A stretch of 32,000 bases of DNA from Akkermansia muciniphila ATCC BAA-835 (lineage in GTDB: Bacteria; Verrucomicrobiota; Verrucomicrobiia; Verrucomicrobiales; Akkermansiaceae): NCBI RefSeq assembly GCF_000020225.1, contig NC_010655.1, positions 2,160,001 to 2,192,000 of the forward strand, given 5' to 3'. Positions 9,362-18,008 of the stretch are shown piece by piece (position 1 is the first letter of the stretch; every line of letters begins with the position of its first letter). The position numbers and the translations under genes were made by a program. A model generated the notes under the pieces. It ran no database searches. It was given only the letters and a program-made list of their open reading frames with translations, and had not been told where the DNA came from.

Positions 9362-10345
9362 TCACGGCACGGGGACTTTCGTCAGGATGTGGTCGATGAC
9401 GTCGTCCGTGGAAATGTTTTCCGCTTCAGCCTCATAAGAGAGCAGGATGCGGTGGCGCAGGATATCGTGGGCCAGGTCCTTGATATCCTGTGGAGTGACG
9501 AAGGAACGATGGTGCATGAAGGCATTGGCGCGGGCCGCCAGAGCCAGGTTGATGGTAGCGCGGGGAGATGCCCCCGCGCGGATGAGACCGCGCAACTTCA
9601 CGTCCACCGTTTCCGGGAAGCGGGTGGCGCGCACCAGATCCACGATGTAGCCGCGCACGGCGTCGTCAATATAAATCTGGTTTACCAGGTCGCGGGAGGC
9701 CGCCACCTGTTCCGGCGTGGTGACCGGGGAGGTTTCCGGCGGTTTGGCGGAGCTGGCCATGAGGTCCAGCACCTGGAGTTCTTCTTCGCGCGTGGGGTAG
9801 GTGACCAGCACCTTGAAGAGAAAACGGTCAAGCTGGGCTTCCGGGAGCTGGTAAGTGCCCTCCTGGTCAATCGGGTTCTGCGTGGCAAGCACCAGGAAGG
9901 GGTCCGGCAGGCGGTAGGTGGTTTCACCTAGGGTTACCTGGCGTTCCTGCATGGCTTCCAGCAGGGCGGATTGCACTTTGGCCGGGGCGCGGTTGATTTC
10001 ATCCGCCAAAATGAGATTGGCGAAGATCGGGCCTTTTTTGGCTGTGAACTGCCTTTCTTCCGGATTATAGATCATTGTGCCCAGCAAATCCGCCGGAAGA
10101 AGATCCGGCGTAAACTGGATGCGGGCAAACTGTGCATGCAGCGTGCCCGCCATGGCTTTTACGGAGAGCGTCTTGGCAAGGCCGGGCACGCCTTCCAGCA
10201 GGACGTGGCCCTTGCAGAGGAGACTGAGGATTAATCTGTCCACGAGCGCCTGCTGGCCGATGACCACCTTGCCGACTTCCGTTCTGAGAGCAGAAATCCA
10301 CGATGAGTTCGCGGCGATAATTTCGTTGAATTCTCGGGTGTCCAT
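9362..10345 (-). CDS. MoxR-family AAA+ ATPase
   Basis: Walker A is LEGVPGLAKT and Walker B is ILADEINRA. Further matches are QSALLEAMQERQVT, ATQNPIDQEGTYQLPEAQLDRF and the RASPRA sensor region. Confidence 0.92.
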   Translation of the reverse strand: MDTREFNEIIAANSSWISALRTEVGKVVIGQQALVDRLILSLLCKGHVLLEGVPGLAKTLSVKAMAGTLHAQFARIQFTPDLLPADLLGTMIYNPEERQFTAKKGPIFANLILADEINRAPAKVQSALLEAMQERQVTLGETTYRLPDPFLVLATQNPIDQEGTYQLPEAQLDRFLFKVLVTYPTREEELQVLDLMASSAKPPETSPVTTPEQVAASRDLVNQIYIDDAVRGYIVDLVRATRFPETVDVKLRGLIRAGASPRATINLALAARANAFMHHRSFVTPQDIKDLAHDILRHRILLSYEAEAENISTDDVIDHILTKVPVP

Positions 10346-10399
10346 GATTCTGATAGCGGGTGAGACAGTATGCCGGGCACTTACGTTGAAAAAATCCTA

Positions 10400-11812
10400 T
10401 TATTTCCCAAGGGCAAATCCGGTTTTCAACAGGAGGTCTTCCCGGAAATGGGGAGCCATCATCTGAAAGCCCACGGGAAGTTCCATGCCGCTTTCCCTGA
10501 CGGTTCCGCAGGGAATGGACATGGCGGGGAGGCCGGCCAGGTTGGCGGGGATCGTGTAGATGTCCGCCAGATAGGTCTGGAGGTGATCCAGCGCGGAATC
10601 TCCGATTTTGGGAGCGGGAGCGGGCGAGGTGGGGCCTACGATGATATCCACCCTGGAGAAGGCTTCCGCGAAATCTCTGGCGACCAGGGAGCGGACTTTT
10701 TGAGCGCGGGAGTAGTAAGCGTCATAGTAACCGGAGCTGAGCACGTAGGTGCCCAGGATGATGCGGCGCTTGACTTCCGGCCCGAATCCCTCTTCACGGG
10801 TGCGTGAGAAGAGTTCCACCAGTCCGGCGGCGTCTTCCGCCCTCTTTCCGTAGCGCACGCCGTCAAACCGGGAGAGGTTGGAAGACGCTTCCGCGCAGGC
10901 GATGATATAGTAGGCGGCGACGACGGCATCCGCGTGGGGCAGGTTGACTTCCACCAGCTCCGCTCCCAGGCTTTCCAGCTGTTTGACGGTGTTTTGCACT
11001 GCCTCGGAAATGCCCGGATGGTTGCCGGAGGTAAAGTATTCCGAAGGGATGCCCACTTTTAGCCCTTTGACGTCACGGCCCAGCGCAGCTTCAAAGTCCG
11101 GCACGGGGCAGTTTGCGGATGTGGAGTCTTTACGGTCGTGTCCGGAGATGGCCTGGAGCAGGATGGCGGCGTCTTCCACTGTCCGGGTCATGGGGCCGAT
11201 CTGGTCCAGGGAAGAGGCAAAGGCTACCAGTCCGTAGCGGGAAACGCGCCCGTAGGTAGGCTTGAGGCCCACGATGCCGCAGTGCCCGGCCGGCTGCCGG
11301 ATGGAGCCGCCCGTGTCGGAACCGAGTGCGGCAATGGCGGTAGCGGATGCGACGGCGGCGGCAGAGCCGCTGGAGGAGCCTCCGGGAATGCGGTCCGGGG
11401 CTTCCGGGTTGCGCGTGATGCCGTAAGCAGAGTTTTCTCCGCTGGCACCCATGGCGAATTCATCCATGTTCGTGCGGCCCAGCGGGATGCCGCCCGCCTC
11501 CTTCAGCAGGCGGATGGAGGTGGCGTCATAAGGAGCGACATAAGGGGAAAGAAGGCGGGAGGCGCAGCGCGTCGGCTGGCCCAGGACATTAATATTGTCC
11601 TTCACGGCGATGGGGATGCCAGCCAGGGGGCTGGAAATATCCGCTCCGGCCGCGGCGTGGAGGGCTGCTTCACGGTCAAAGGAGATGTAGGCGTTGGTTG
11701 TCCGGTCCGCCTCAATGGCGTCCGCCGTCAGGTTGACCAGTTCGGCAGGGGAGAGTTCCTTGCGGCGCAGGCGGTCACGCCACTGGGCCAGGGTGCCTTG
11801 AATTTTTGACAT
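10400..11812 (-). CDS. gatA: Asp/Glu-tRNA amidotransferase subunit A
   Basis: Amidase signature GGSSSGSAAAVA, plus IAVKDNI and GSDTGGSIRQPA. It lies immediately downstream of gatC. Confidence 0.92.
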   Translation of the reverse strand: MSKIQGTLAQWRDRLRRKELSPAELVNLTADAIEADRTTNAYISFDREAALHAAAGADISSPLAGIPIAVKDNINVLGQPTRCASRLLSPYVAPYDATSIRLLKEAGGIPLGRTNMDEFAMGASGENSAYGITRNPEAPDRIPGGSSSGSAAAVASATAIAALGSDTGGSIRQPAGHCGIVGLKPTYGRVSRYGLVAFASSLDQIGPMTRTVEDAAILLQAISGHDRKDSTSANCPVPDFEAALGRDVKGLKVGIPSEYFTSGNHPGISEAVQNTVKQLESLGAELVEVNLPHADAVVAAYYIIACAEASSNLSRFDGVRYGKRAEDAAGLVELFSRTREEGFGPEVKRRIILGTYVLSSGYYDAYYSRAQKVRSLVARDFAEAFSRVDIIVGPTSPAPAPKIGDSALDHLQTYLADIYTIPANLAGLPAMSIPCGTVRESGMELPVGFQMMAPHFREDLLLKTGFALGK

Positions 11813-11866
11813 GAGAAGGAAAGGGTAAAGACGGTTGAAAGGTGAAGGGAAAAGGAAGCGGGAGGA

Positions 11867-12160
11867 TCAGGCGGATTCCACCACCTTGGGCGTGCGGAAT
11901 TGCCCCTGGGACTGCTGGGGGGCATTGGAGAGGGCTTCTTCCTGGGTGAAGCCGGTTTCAGGAATGTCTTCGCGCATCACGTCCATTGCCGGGAGAGGAT
12001 GGTTCATGGGGGCGATGCCCGTGACATCGTAGGATTCCAGCTTGGTGATATAGGCCAGGACTTTGTCCAGATCCTTGGAGAAGAGAGCTGTTTCTTCCTC
12101 CGTCAGGTCAATGCGTGCCAGCTTGGCAATGTAGGCTACGTCTATTTGGGGCGTGCTCAT
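11867..12160 (-). CDS. gatC: Asp/Glu-tRNA amidotransferase subunit C
   Basis: 97 aa. DVAYIAKLARIDLTEEETALFSKDLDKVLAYITKLESYDVTG is a typical GatC sequence. It sits 54 nt upstream of gatA. Confidence 0.88.
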   Translation of the reverse strand: MSTPQIDVAYIAKLARIDLTEEETALFSKDLDKVLAYITKLESYDVTGIAPMNHPLPAMDVMREDIPETGFTQEEALSNAPQQSQGQFRTPKVVESA

Positions 12161-12200
12161 GGTGTAATGTAGAAAAAATGCGGAAAAGAAAGGGGGCTGC

Positions 12201-12533
12201 CTACTGTTGTTCCAGCAGGCGGACGATCCAGCAGAAGGAAACGGCGATGGCGCAGATCAGTAGGCCCAGCAGCATGAAGTTTTCTCGCAGTTCCCGCCTC
12301 ATGTTGGTGGCGCGTCCGTCACGGGCCACTACGGCACGCAGTGCCCGGTTCTGGTTGCCCTCCCGAACGCGGTCGGGAGGCGGCATGGTATTGCGGTCCA
12401 GGCGCATGCGGGTCTGCTGGGACGGGCGTTTGAGAGAGGCTTCCAATTCCTGAATACGGCTCTCAATTTCCCGTGAGGCGCGATCCAGTTCTGCCAGTTC
12501 GGAGGAACGGCGTTTGGTTTTTCTTTTAATCAT
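12201..12533 (-). CDS. hypothetical tail-anchored coiled-coil membrane protein
   Basis: 110 aa. It has a basic N-terminus, a coiled-coil stretch (LDRASREIESRIQELEASL) and a single C-terminal TM helix (FMLLGLLICAIAVSFCWIV). Its ATG overlaps the upstream stop (ATGA at 12530-12533). Confidence 0.55.
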   Translation of the reverse strand: MIKRKTKRRSSELAELDRASREIESRIQELEASLKRPSQQTRMRLDRNTMPPPDRVREGNQNRALRAVVARDGRATNMRRELRENFMLLGLLICAIAVSFCWIVRLLEQQ

Positions 12534-13147
12534 GATGCGGAAGGGCTGAAAATCCAGATGAAAAAGAGGATGATGAGGGCAATCAGGAGCAGGGGAAGAT
12601 GGAAGGAAAGGCCCTGGAGGAACTGGGTCATGAATTCACGGGAGCTGATGCGCACTTTGCTGGAGCGGCGCACCCCGGTGAGCACTTTGGTATGCTGCAT
12701 GCGCGCGCACTGCTGGACGGCATCCGCGAATTCCTCCTCGCAGCGGTCAATGACCTGCTGGCCCTGGCTGATGAGGTTGTCCGTATTTTCAATAGGCCAT
12801 TCATCCGGGCGCACGGTGCTGAGCATTTTCAGGCTGCGCGTCAGCGCCATGTGGATTTGTTCCAGTTCATTGCTTTCCTGGCGGAGGCTTTCCACCTCCC
12901 GGCCGATGAGGTCTGCGGCGTTGACCATGCGGTCGCCCAGCTCGTTCTGCTGGTCCATAAACCTGGCTTTGCGCATATGGCATTCTTCCAGGCGGCGGCG
13001 GGAGTTTTCCACTTCCTCCTTTTCCTTCCGCAATTGTTCCAGCCTCAGCTGGGCCTGTTCCATATCGGCGTCCACCTGGTCGTCTGCCTGGGAATTGTAA
13101 CCGGGGTCGGCGTCCATGCGGCGGTATTGAGGGTGACTTGGTCTCAT
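12530..13147 (-). CDS. hypothetical tail-anchored coiled-coil membrane protein
   Basis: 205 aa. It is Glu/Arg-rich and helical (MEQAQLRLEQLRKEKEEVENSRRRLEE), with a C-terminal TM helix (LPLLLIALIILFFIWIF). It is the first gene of the long minus-strand run. Confidence 0.6.
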   Translation of the reverse strand: MRPSHPQYRRMDADPGYNSQADDQVDADMEQAQLRLEQLRKEKEEVENSRRRLEECHMRKARFMDQQNELGDRMVNAADLIGREVESLRQESNELEQIHMALTRSLKMLSTVRPDEWPIENTDNLISQGQQVIDRCEEEFADAVQQCARMQHTKVLTGVRRSSKVRISSREFMTQFLQGLSFHLPLLLIALIILFFIWIFSPSAS

Positions 13148-13447
13148 ATGCGGAAAAAATAATGCGGGCCGGCGTAAGGGATTACAGCGTTTCCGGTCCT
13201 TTTTGCCGGAGCGGGGAATCCCTGCGCGTGCTATTATTTAACTTTCACAAAATAAATCAAGCCAAGAAGAAGACAGGGAAAGATTTTCCGGATGCGTTCC
13301 CGGCAGGGAATGCCGCCCTGTTTTTTCTTCCGGAGCCGTGCGTTCCGGATATCCGGGGGGCGACAGGACGCTCCGCTTTCCCGCAAAGGAGGGGGAGGTG
13401 CGCTTTTTTTATGGTCAAGGGCATGGATTTGCTGGTATGTAGGAAGC

Positions 13448-14284
13448 ATGCAGTCTGACACGGTAGAATGTAAGCCGACCATGTGGTTTACCGGCAGGGC
13501 GGTTATCATGGCTCTCATGTTTCTGGGGTTCGGAGTGTATTTTTATTATGATGCTTCCACCGGATACCCTCAAAAAAACCTGGAGTTTTTCATGCACAAG
13601 GCGTTCGTGGACGCTGGAGCCGTGTTTGACCGTGAGGTGAGCGGGAAAGGGGCGTCCGCGGAGGACTGGGAGCGCATTGTTCTGGCGCGCACTGTGGATT
13701 TTCCGGAGGGCTATGAAATTCCTTCCGGCGTGAATCGGAACGCGGTGCCGTGGCCTGACATTTTGGCGGATTACAGTCTGATGTCCACCCCCGGCAAGGG
13801 CTGGAGCGCTGCGTGGCAATCTTATTCCGGGGAAAAGCGCTATCCCATCAAGCCGGTGGACCACCCGTATGACGCCTCCAAAATTTTTGAACAGTGGGTG
13901 GCCGGGTGCATTTGCCTGGCGCTTGCCATGGTGGCTCTGTTTTTCCTGGTGAGAACGCGCGGCAGGAAAATGTCCCTGAACGGGAAAGAGGTGACGGCCG
14001 CCGGGGTGGTTTTCCGCGTGGATGACATTGCCCGTCTGGATTTGCGCAGATGGAAACTGAAGGGACTGGCCATAGCGACGCTGAAACCGGAATGCGGAGG
14101 AGCCCGAATCAGGCTGGACGGCCTGACTTACGGCGGCTTCCGGAAGGAGGATTCTCCCCATAACGCGGAAGATTTCATGAAGGCTCTTCTGTCTCTCTAC
14201 AGAGGAGAAATAGTGGATTATGAAGAAATTCCTGATGCCGGCGGGCCGCCTGCCCGGCAGGAGGACGAGGAACGTGCCGTATGA
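13448..14284 (+). CDS. hypothetical two-TM membrane protein
   Basis: ATG at 13448 is preceded by AGGAAG; the tracked 13292 start adds an Arg/Gly/Phe-rich extension. TM1 is GRAVIMALMFLGFGVYFYY and TM2 is WVAGCICLALAMVALFFLV, followed by a soluble C-terminal domain. The stop overlaps the next start (ATGA at 14281-14284). Confidence 0.6.
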   Translation: MQSDTVECKPTMWFTGRAVIMALMFLGFGVYFYYDASTGYPQKNLEFFMHKAFVDAGAVFDREVSGKGASAEDWERIVLARTVDFPEGYEIPSGVNRNAVPWPDILADYSLMSTPGKGWSAAWQSYSGEKRYPIKPVDHPYDASKIFEQWVAGCICLALAMVALFFLVRTRGRKMSLNGKEVTAAGVVFRVDDIARLDLRRWKLKGLAIATLKPECGGARIRLDGLTYGGFRKEDSPHNAEDFMKALLSLYRGEIVDYEEIPDAGGPPARQEDEERAV

Positions 14285-15492
14285 GCGAATCCCTTCCACC
14301 GGAAAAGGGCGCCAATGACCGTGCGTTCGGCGTCGCCTGCTGGACGCTGGGTGGGCTGGCGTTTGTTCTGTTGCTGATGGTGGGCGTTTCTTTCAGCCTG
14401 TCTGTCCGTACCGTGGTGGTGGAAAAAGTGGTGGAGAAGCCTGTTCCCGTTCCGGCACGGGAGAAGCCGGAGCGTCCGGCCGGAGTCGTTGAGGATGGGG
14501 CGGCAGAGGAGACAGTGCATATGGCGGATGTTCCGGCATCCCCTTCTGAAAAGCCCCGTTCTGTGGAAGAAATGCTCCGGGAAGCCGATTTATCAGATCC
14601 GGCTGCCGATTCTGTACCGGTGGCCGCGGCCGTTGCGGGAGGGGGGGATTCCGCTAGCGGAGCATCCCTTCCTGCTGAGAATCCGGACGAGGTTATGCCC
14701 CCCATGACGGAGGAAGTGGCGGAGCTTGTCAAGGCGGCTCGTTACGCCCAGATTGAAGGTGACCTCAAAGTAGCGGTCGTGAAGCTGGAGCAGGCCATGA
14801 GGCTGGAACCGGATAATCCGGTGGTGCTTTATTATTATGGACTTACCTATGAATGGCTGAGGAATGCGGATAAGTCACGGGAGTTTTTTCTGAAAGTATA
14901 TACCCAGCGGGAGAAGGCGGGGAAATATTTTGCGCGTGCGGCGCGGCACCTTCAGGCCGGCTTTTCCAGCCCGGCGGATTTGCGGGGGGATATGTCCTTC
15001 GGCACTATTCTGGAATACCGGGATCCGGAATGCCCCGCCGGGGAGCGCGTCAAGCTGATGGTTCCTATTCTGATGAAGGATGGCCTGAATGTCAGGCCGG
15101 AGGATCTGCGCGTCATTGTCCAGTTTTTTGACAAAGTCAATGGGAAGAAAGTGGAAAAGACGCATGCGCCCGAACCTTCTTCCCGGTGCGTTACGGAACC
15201 CGCGGATTGGGCGGACGGTGAGGAAATCATGGAAATAACCTACTACATGCCTCCCCTGACGGAAGAAGAGATGATTGCTTATGGAAGCCTGAAATATTAC
15301 GGATATACCGCTAAATTGTATTACAAGGGGGAACCGATGGATTGCCATGCTTCCCCTCCCGTGCTATTTTTACTGGAACAGATGAACCAGAGTTCCCCTT
15401 CCGGACTGCCCGAGATTTATGACGGCGGTTTGCTTCCTCCTGTAGAGGCGGCTCCGGTTTCTGAGTCTTATGAATCTCTTTTGCCTCCCTGA
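14281..15492 (+). CDS. N-terminally anchored protein with a disordered linker, a TPR-like region and a C-terminal domain
   Basis: The TM helix is VACWTLGGLAFVLLLMVGVSF, followed by a Pro/Glu/Ala-rich linker. The TPR-like stretch is ARYAQIEGDLKVAVVKLEQAMRLEPDNPVVLYYYGLTYEWL. It is translationally coupled to the upstream gene. Confidence 0.65.
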   Translation: MSESLPPEKGANDRAFGVACWTLGGLAFVLLLMVGVSFSLSVRTVVVEKVVEKPVPVPAREKPERPAGVVEDGAAEETVHMADVPASPSEKPRSVEEMLREADLSDPAADSVPVAAAVAGGGDSASGASLPAENPDEVMPPMTEEVAELVKAARYAQIEGDLKVAVVKLEQAMRLEPDNPVVLYYYGLTYEWLRNADKSREFFLKVYTQREKAGKYFARAARHLQAGFSSPADLRGDMSFGTILEYRDPECPAGERVKLMVPILMKDGLNVRPEDLRVIVQFFDKVNGKKVEKTHAPEPSSRCVTEPADWADGEEIMEITYYMPPLTEEEMIAYGSLKYYGYTAKLYYKGEPMDCHASPPVLFLLEQMNQSSPSGLPEIYDGGLLPPVEAAPVSESYESLLPP

Positions 15493-15507
15493 TGCCTGAT
15501 TTGTCCA

Positions 15508-17031
15508 ATGTTTGATCTTCCCCACAACTTTGGCGATTACACGCTGGTGGCATTTATTGGCCGCACGCGCGGAGGAATTCTTTATCAGGCCATCCAGCAG
15601 GGCATGGACCGTTCCGTGTTTCTGGAGTTGCTGGATCCGGACAATCCGGAGGGGGTGGGCGTGGAGGATTTTCTGATGAAGGCCCGCACGCGCGCCGCCA
15701 TTAATGCTCCGGTGCTGGGCACCGTCTATGAAGCGTCCCAGGCCCAGGGATACTGGTTCGTCACCAGCGAACAGCTGGGAGGCTCATCCCTCCAGTCCAT
15801 GCTGGACCGCGGGCAGACCCTGTCCATGAAGGATTTGCTGAAGGTGATTGAAACGGTCGGCAACGTGTGCGGCAGGTATGAGCGTCTGCGGACCGCTTTC
15901 AATATCATGGAGCCGCGTCACATTTTCCTGGATGACAAGTCTGCCGTGCGGCTGATGAATACGGCCGTGCCCGGTGACTTTCACGAAGAAACATCCCGCG
16001 ACCAGATGAAGCGCCTGGGCATCGACCTGCCTCCTCTGGTGACTCCGGATGTGCCCGGAACCACGCGGATGCGCACCCTGCTGGAATGGATGAGAGAAGG
16101 GCAGAACGGAAAGCCGATGCAATGGGACCAGGTTATGGAGCTGGTTGCTGCGGTCCGCGAACAGCTGGGGCTTTCCCCTCGGGTTACCACCCACCGCTAT
16201 ACCGTCCCCGTGGAATCCCGCAGAAAAGCCGGAAAAAAGCTGCTTTGGGCCGGAATGGGCCTGCTGGGCGTGGGGATAGCCGCGGCTGCCGTTCTTCTTT
16301 TATTCCCCCGGGAGAAGGAAACCGTATCCCGTCCCCATGTTCCGGCTCCTAAACATTATCCGGATTTTTCCTCCAGCGATCATACGGAAGTCCGCGTAAC
16401 TCTTCCCGGAGGAGGGGAACTGATTGTGGGAGCCCATGAAATTACCCTGGAATCCTACCGCCTGTTTTTGGACCAGTGGGCACGCCTCACTCCGGAGCTG
16501 AGGGAGGAATATTCCCACCCGGACCAGCCGGACAAGAGGACTGCCTCCCATATTCCCCAGGACTGGGAGGCTATGTGGAAGGCGGCTTCCACTCCGGGAG
16601 GCAAATGGAAAGGCAGGAAAATAACACCCCGCTCTCCCGTCGTCAACGTCACTTTCTGGGATGCCTGGGCGTATGCGAGCTGGAAGCCCGTGGCCCCCGG
16701 AGAACCGCGCTACCGCCTGCCCGAGCGCGGGGAGTGGATGGCTCTGGGGAATATGCTGGAAACGGGTGAGAAGGGGGACAGGACGCTGGTGATTGACAGA
16801 TACAGCAATGATCATGATTTAAAGACCGGCGTGTGCGGCATGGCTTCCGGCGTGATGGAATGGACTTCTTCCATGGAAAAGGATCCTGCGCGCGTGAAGG
16901 AGCCTCCGGGGCCGGTGGCCTGCGGCGGAGACTGGAGGCAGCCCGGCATCTCCAACCGGGTGGAATACCTGCGCTCCCGCGGTGAAAGCCGGGACAACCT
17001 GGGATTCAGAATCGTGCGGAATGTCCTCTGA
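15508..17031 (+). CDS. protein-kinase-like (predicted inactive) domain, TM helix, then FGE/SUMF1-type (formylglycine-generating-enzyme-like) domain
   Basis: The N-terminal ~250 aa align by eye to a Hanks kinase fold, but VAIK reads VFLE, HRDLKPxN reads NIMEPRH and DFG reads NTA. The TM helix is LLWAGMGLLGVGIAAAAVLLLF. The C-terminal FGE-sulfatase motifs are PVVNVTFWDAWAYASW, YRLPERGEW, SGVMEWTSS, GGDW and NLGFRIVRNV. Confidence 0.8.
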   Translation: MFDLPHNFGDYTLVAFIGRTRGGILYQAIQQGMDRSVFLELLDPDNPEGVGVEDFLMKARTRAAINAPVLGTVYEASQAQGYWFVTSEQLGGSSLQSMLDRGQTLSMKDLLKVIETVGNVCGRYERLRTAFNIMEPRHIFLDDKSAVRLMNTAVPGDFHEETSRDQMKRLGIDLPPLVTPDVPGTTRMRTLLEWMREGQNGKPMQWDQVMELVAAVREQLGLSPRVTTHRYTVPVESRRKAGKKLLWAGMGLLGVGIAAAAVLLLFPREKETVSRPHVPAPKHYPDFSSSDHTEVRVTLPGGGELIVGAHEITLESYRLFLDQWARLTPELREEYSHPDQPDKRTASHIPQDWEAMWKAASTPGGKWKGRKITPRSPVVNVTFWDAWAYASWKPVAPGEPRYRLPERGEWMALGNMLETGEKGDRTLVIDRYSNDHDLKTGVCGMASGVMEWTSSMEKDPARVKEPPGPVACGGDWRQPGISNRVEYLRSRGESRDNLGFRIVRNVL

Positions 17032-17065
17032 CCCGTTTAACGACAATACTTAACATATCAATACC

Positions 17066-17908
17066 ATGAAACATATCCTTGCAATGCTGCTGGCCCTTCT
17101 GGGGGCGTCCGGGGCCCTGGCCCAGATTTACGTGAAAGTAGTCCCGGAAAAGAAGACGTTCCTCAGCGGGGAAGCCATGTACATGAGGCTGACCATTACC
17201 AACAATTCCGGCGTGCCGGTGGAGCTGAAAAGCCGGGAATATTCCTCCTGGCTGGATATCCATGTGGAGCATTCCACTGCGGGGGCGGAACTCCCCCAGT
17301 CCAAATTTGCCCTGTTTCCGCCTCTCAAGGTTCCTGCCGGCATGAGCGTTTCCCGCAAGATTGACCTGCGCCATTTCTATGACTTGTCCCGTGAGGGCAA
17401 CTACCATGTGCAGGCCGTTGTAAAAATGCCCAACCAGAAGGACATGTTTGCTTCCCAGAAATCCCTGTTTGCCGTCCGGACGGGAACACCCATGTGGTCC
17501 CAGACCGTGGCCATTCCGGCCAGTGCCAAGCGGTGCACTTTTTCCATTTGCACTATTGCCGTGCGGGGAATCCAGAAATTGTATGTGCAGACGAAGGATC
17601 CGGATACGGGAGTGGCCTACAATTCCGTGTGCATCGGTGACTGGCTGGGGACCACGCGTCCGCAGTGCATGGTGGACGGCAAGGCGAATGTCCATGTCTT
17701 CTTCCCCACTACCCCCATGCTGAGCGCGTATTCCCGCATCAACTACCGGGGAACCATGGAAAAGCTGCAGTACTATAAAAAGGTGGTGGGAGCCCCCTCC
17801 ATGGTCTTTCTTCCGGACGGAAGCGTACGTGTGACGGGAGCCGTCCATTATGATCCTACCGTGAAACCCAAGACGGTGCCGGATGCCGCTGATGTTCCCG
17901 GCATGTAA
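17066..17908 (+). CDS. secreted hypothetical protein with an N-terminal beta-sandwich-like domain
   Basis: The signal peptide is MKHILAMLLALLGASGALAQ. The following pattern VKVVPEKKTFLSGEAMYMRLTITNNSGVPVEL is typical of Ig-like/CARDB-type sandwiches. It starts 34 nt after the upstream gene. Confidence 0.68.
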   Translation: MKHILAMLLALLGASGALAQIYVKVVPEKKTFLSGEAMYMRLTITNNSGVPVELKSREYSSWLDIHVEHSTAGAELPQSKFALFPPLKVPAGMSVSRKIDLRHFYDLSREGNYHVQAVVKMPNQKDMFASQKSLFAVRTGTPMWSQTVAIPASAKRCTFSICTIAVRGIQKLYVQTKDPDTGVAYNSVCIGDWLGTTRPQCMVDGKANVHVFFPTTPMLSAYSRINYRGTMEKLQYYKKVVGAPSMVFLPDGSVRVTGAVHYDPTVKPKTVPDAADVPGM

Positions 17909-17971
17909 ATCCATCCTGTTTCGCCGGATGTCACGCAGGGGAAAAGGAAAGGAAAACGTACTGCTTCTTCC

Positions 17972-18002
17972 GTACCGGGAAAATAAGATATTCCGGTATT
18001 TT
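17972..18002. terminator. possible hairpin terminator in the convergent gap
   Basis: TACCGG (17973-17978) pairs with CCGGTA (17993-17998), plus adjacent A-T and G-T pairs. It is followed by TTTT. The loop is about 10 nt, so this is weak. Confidence 0.3.
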
Positions 18003-18008
18003 CCTGAG

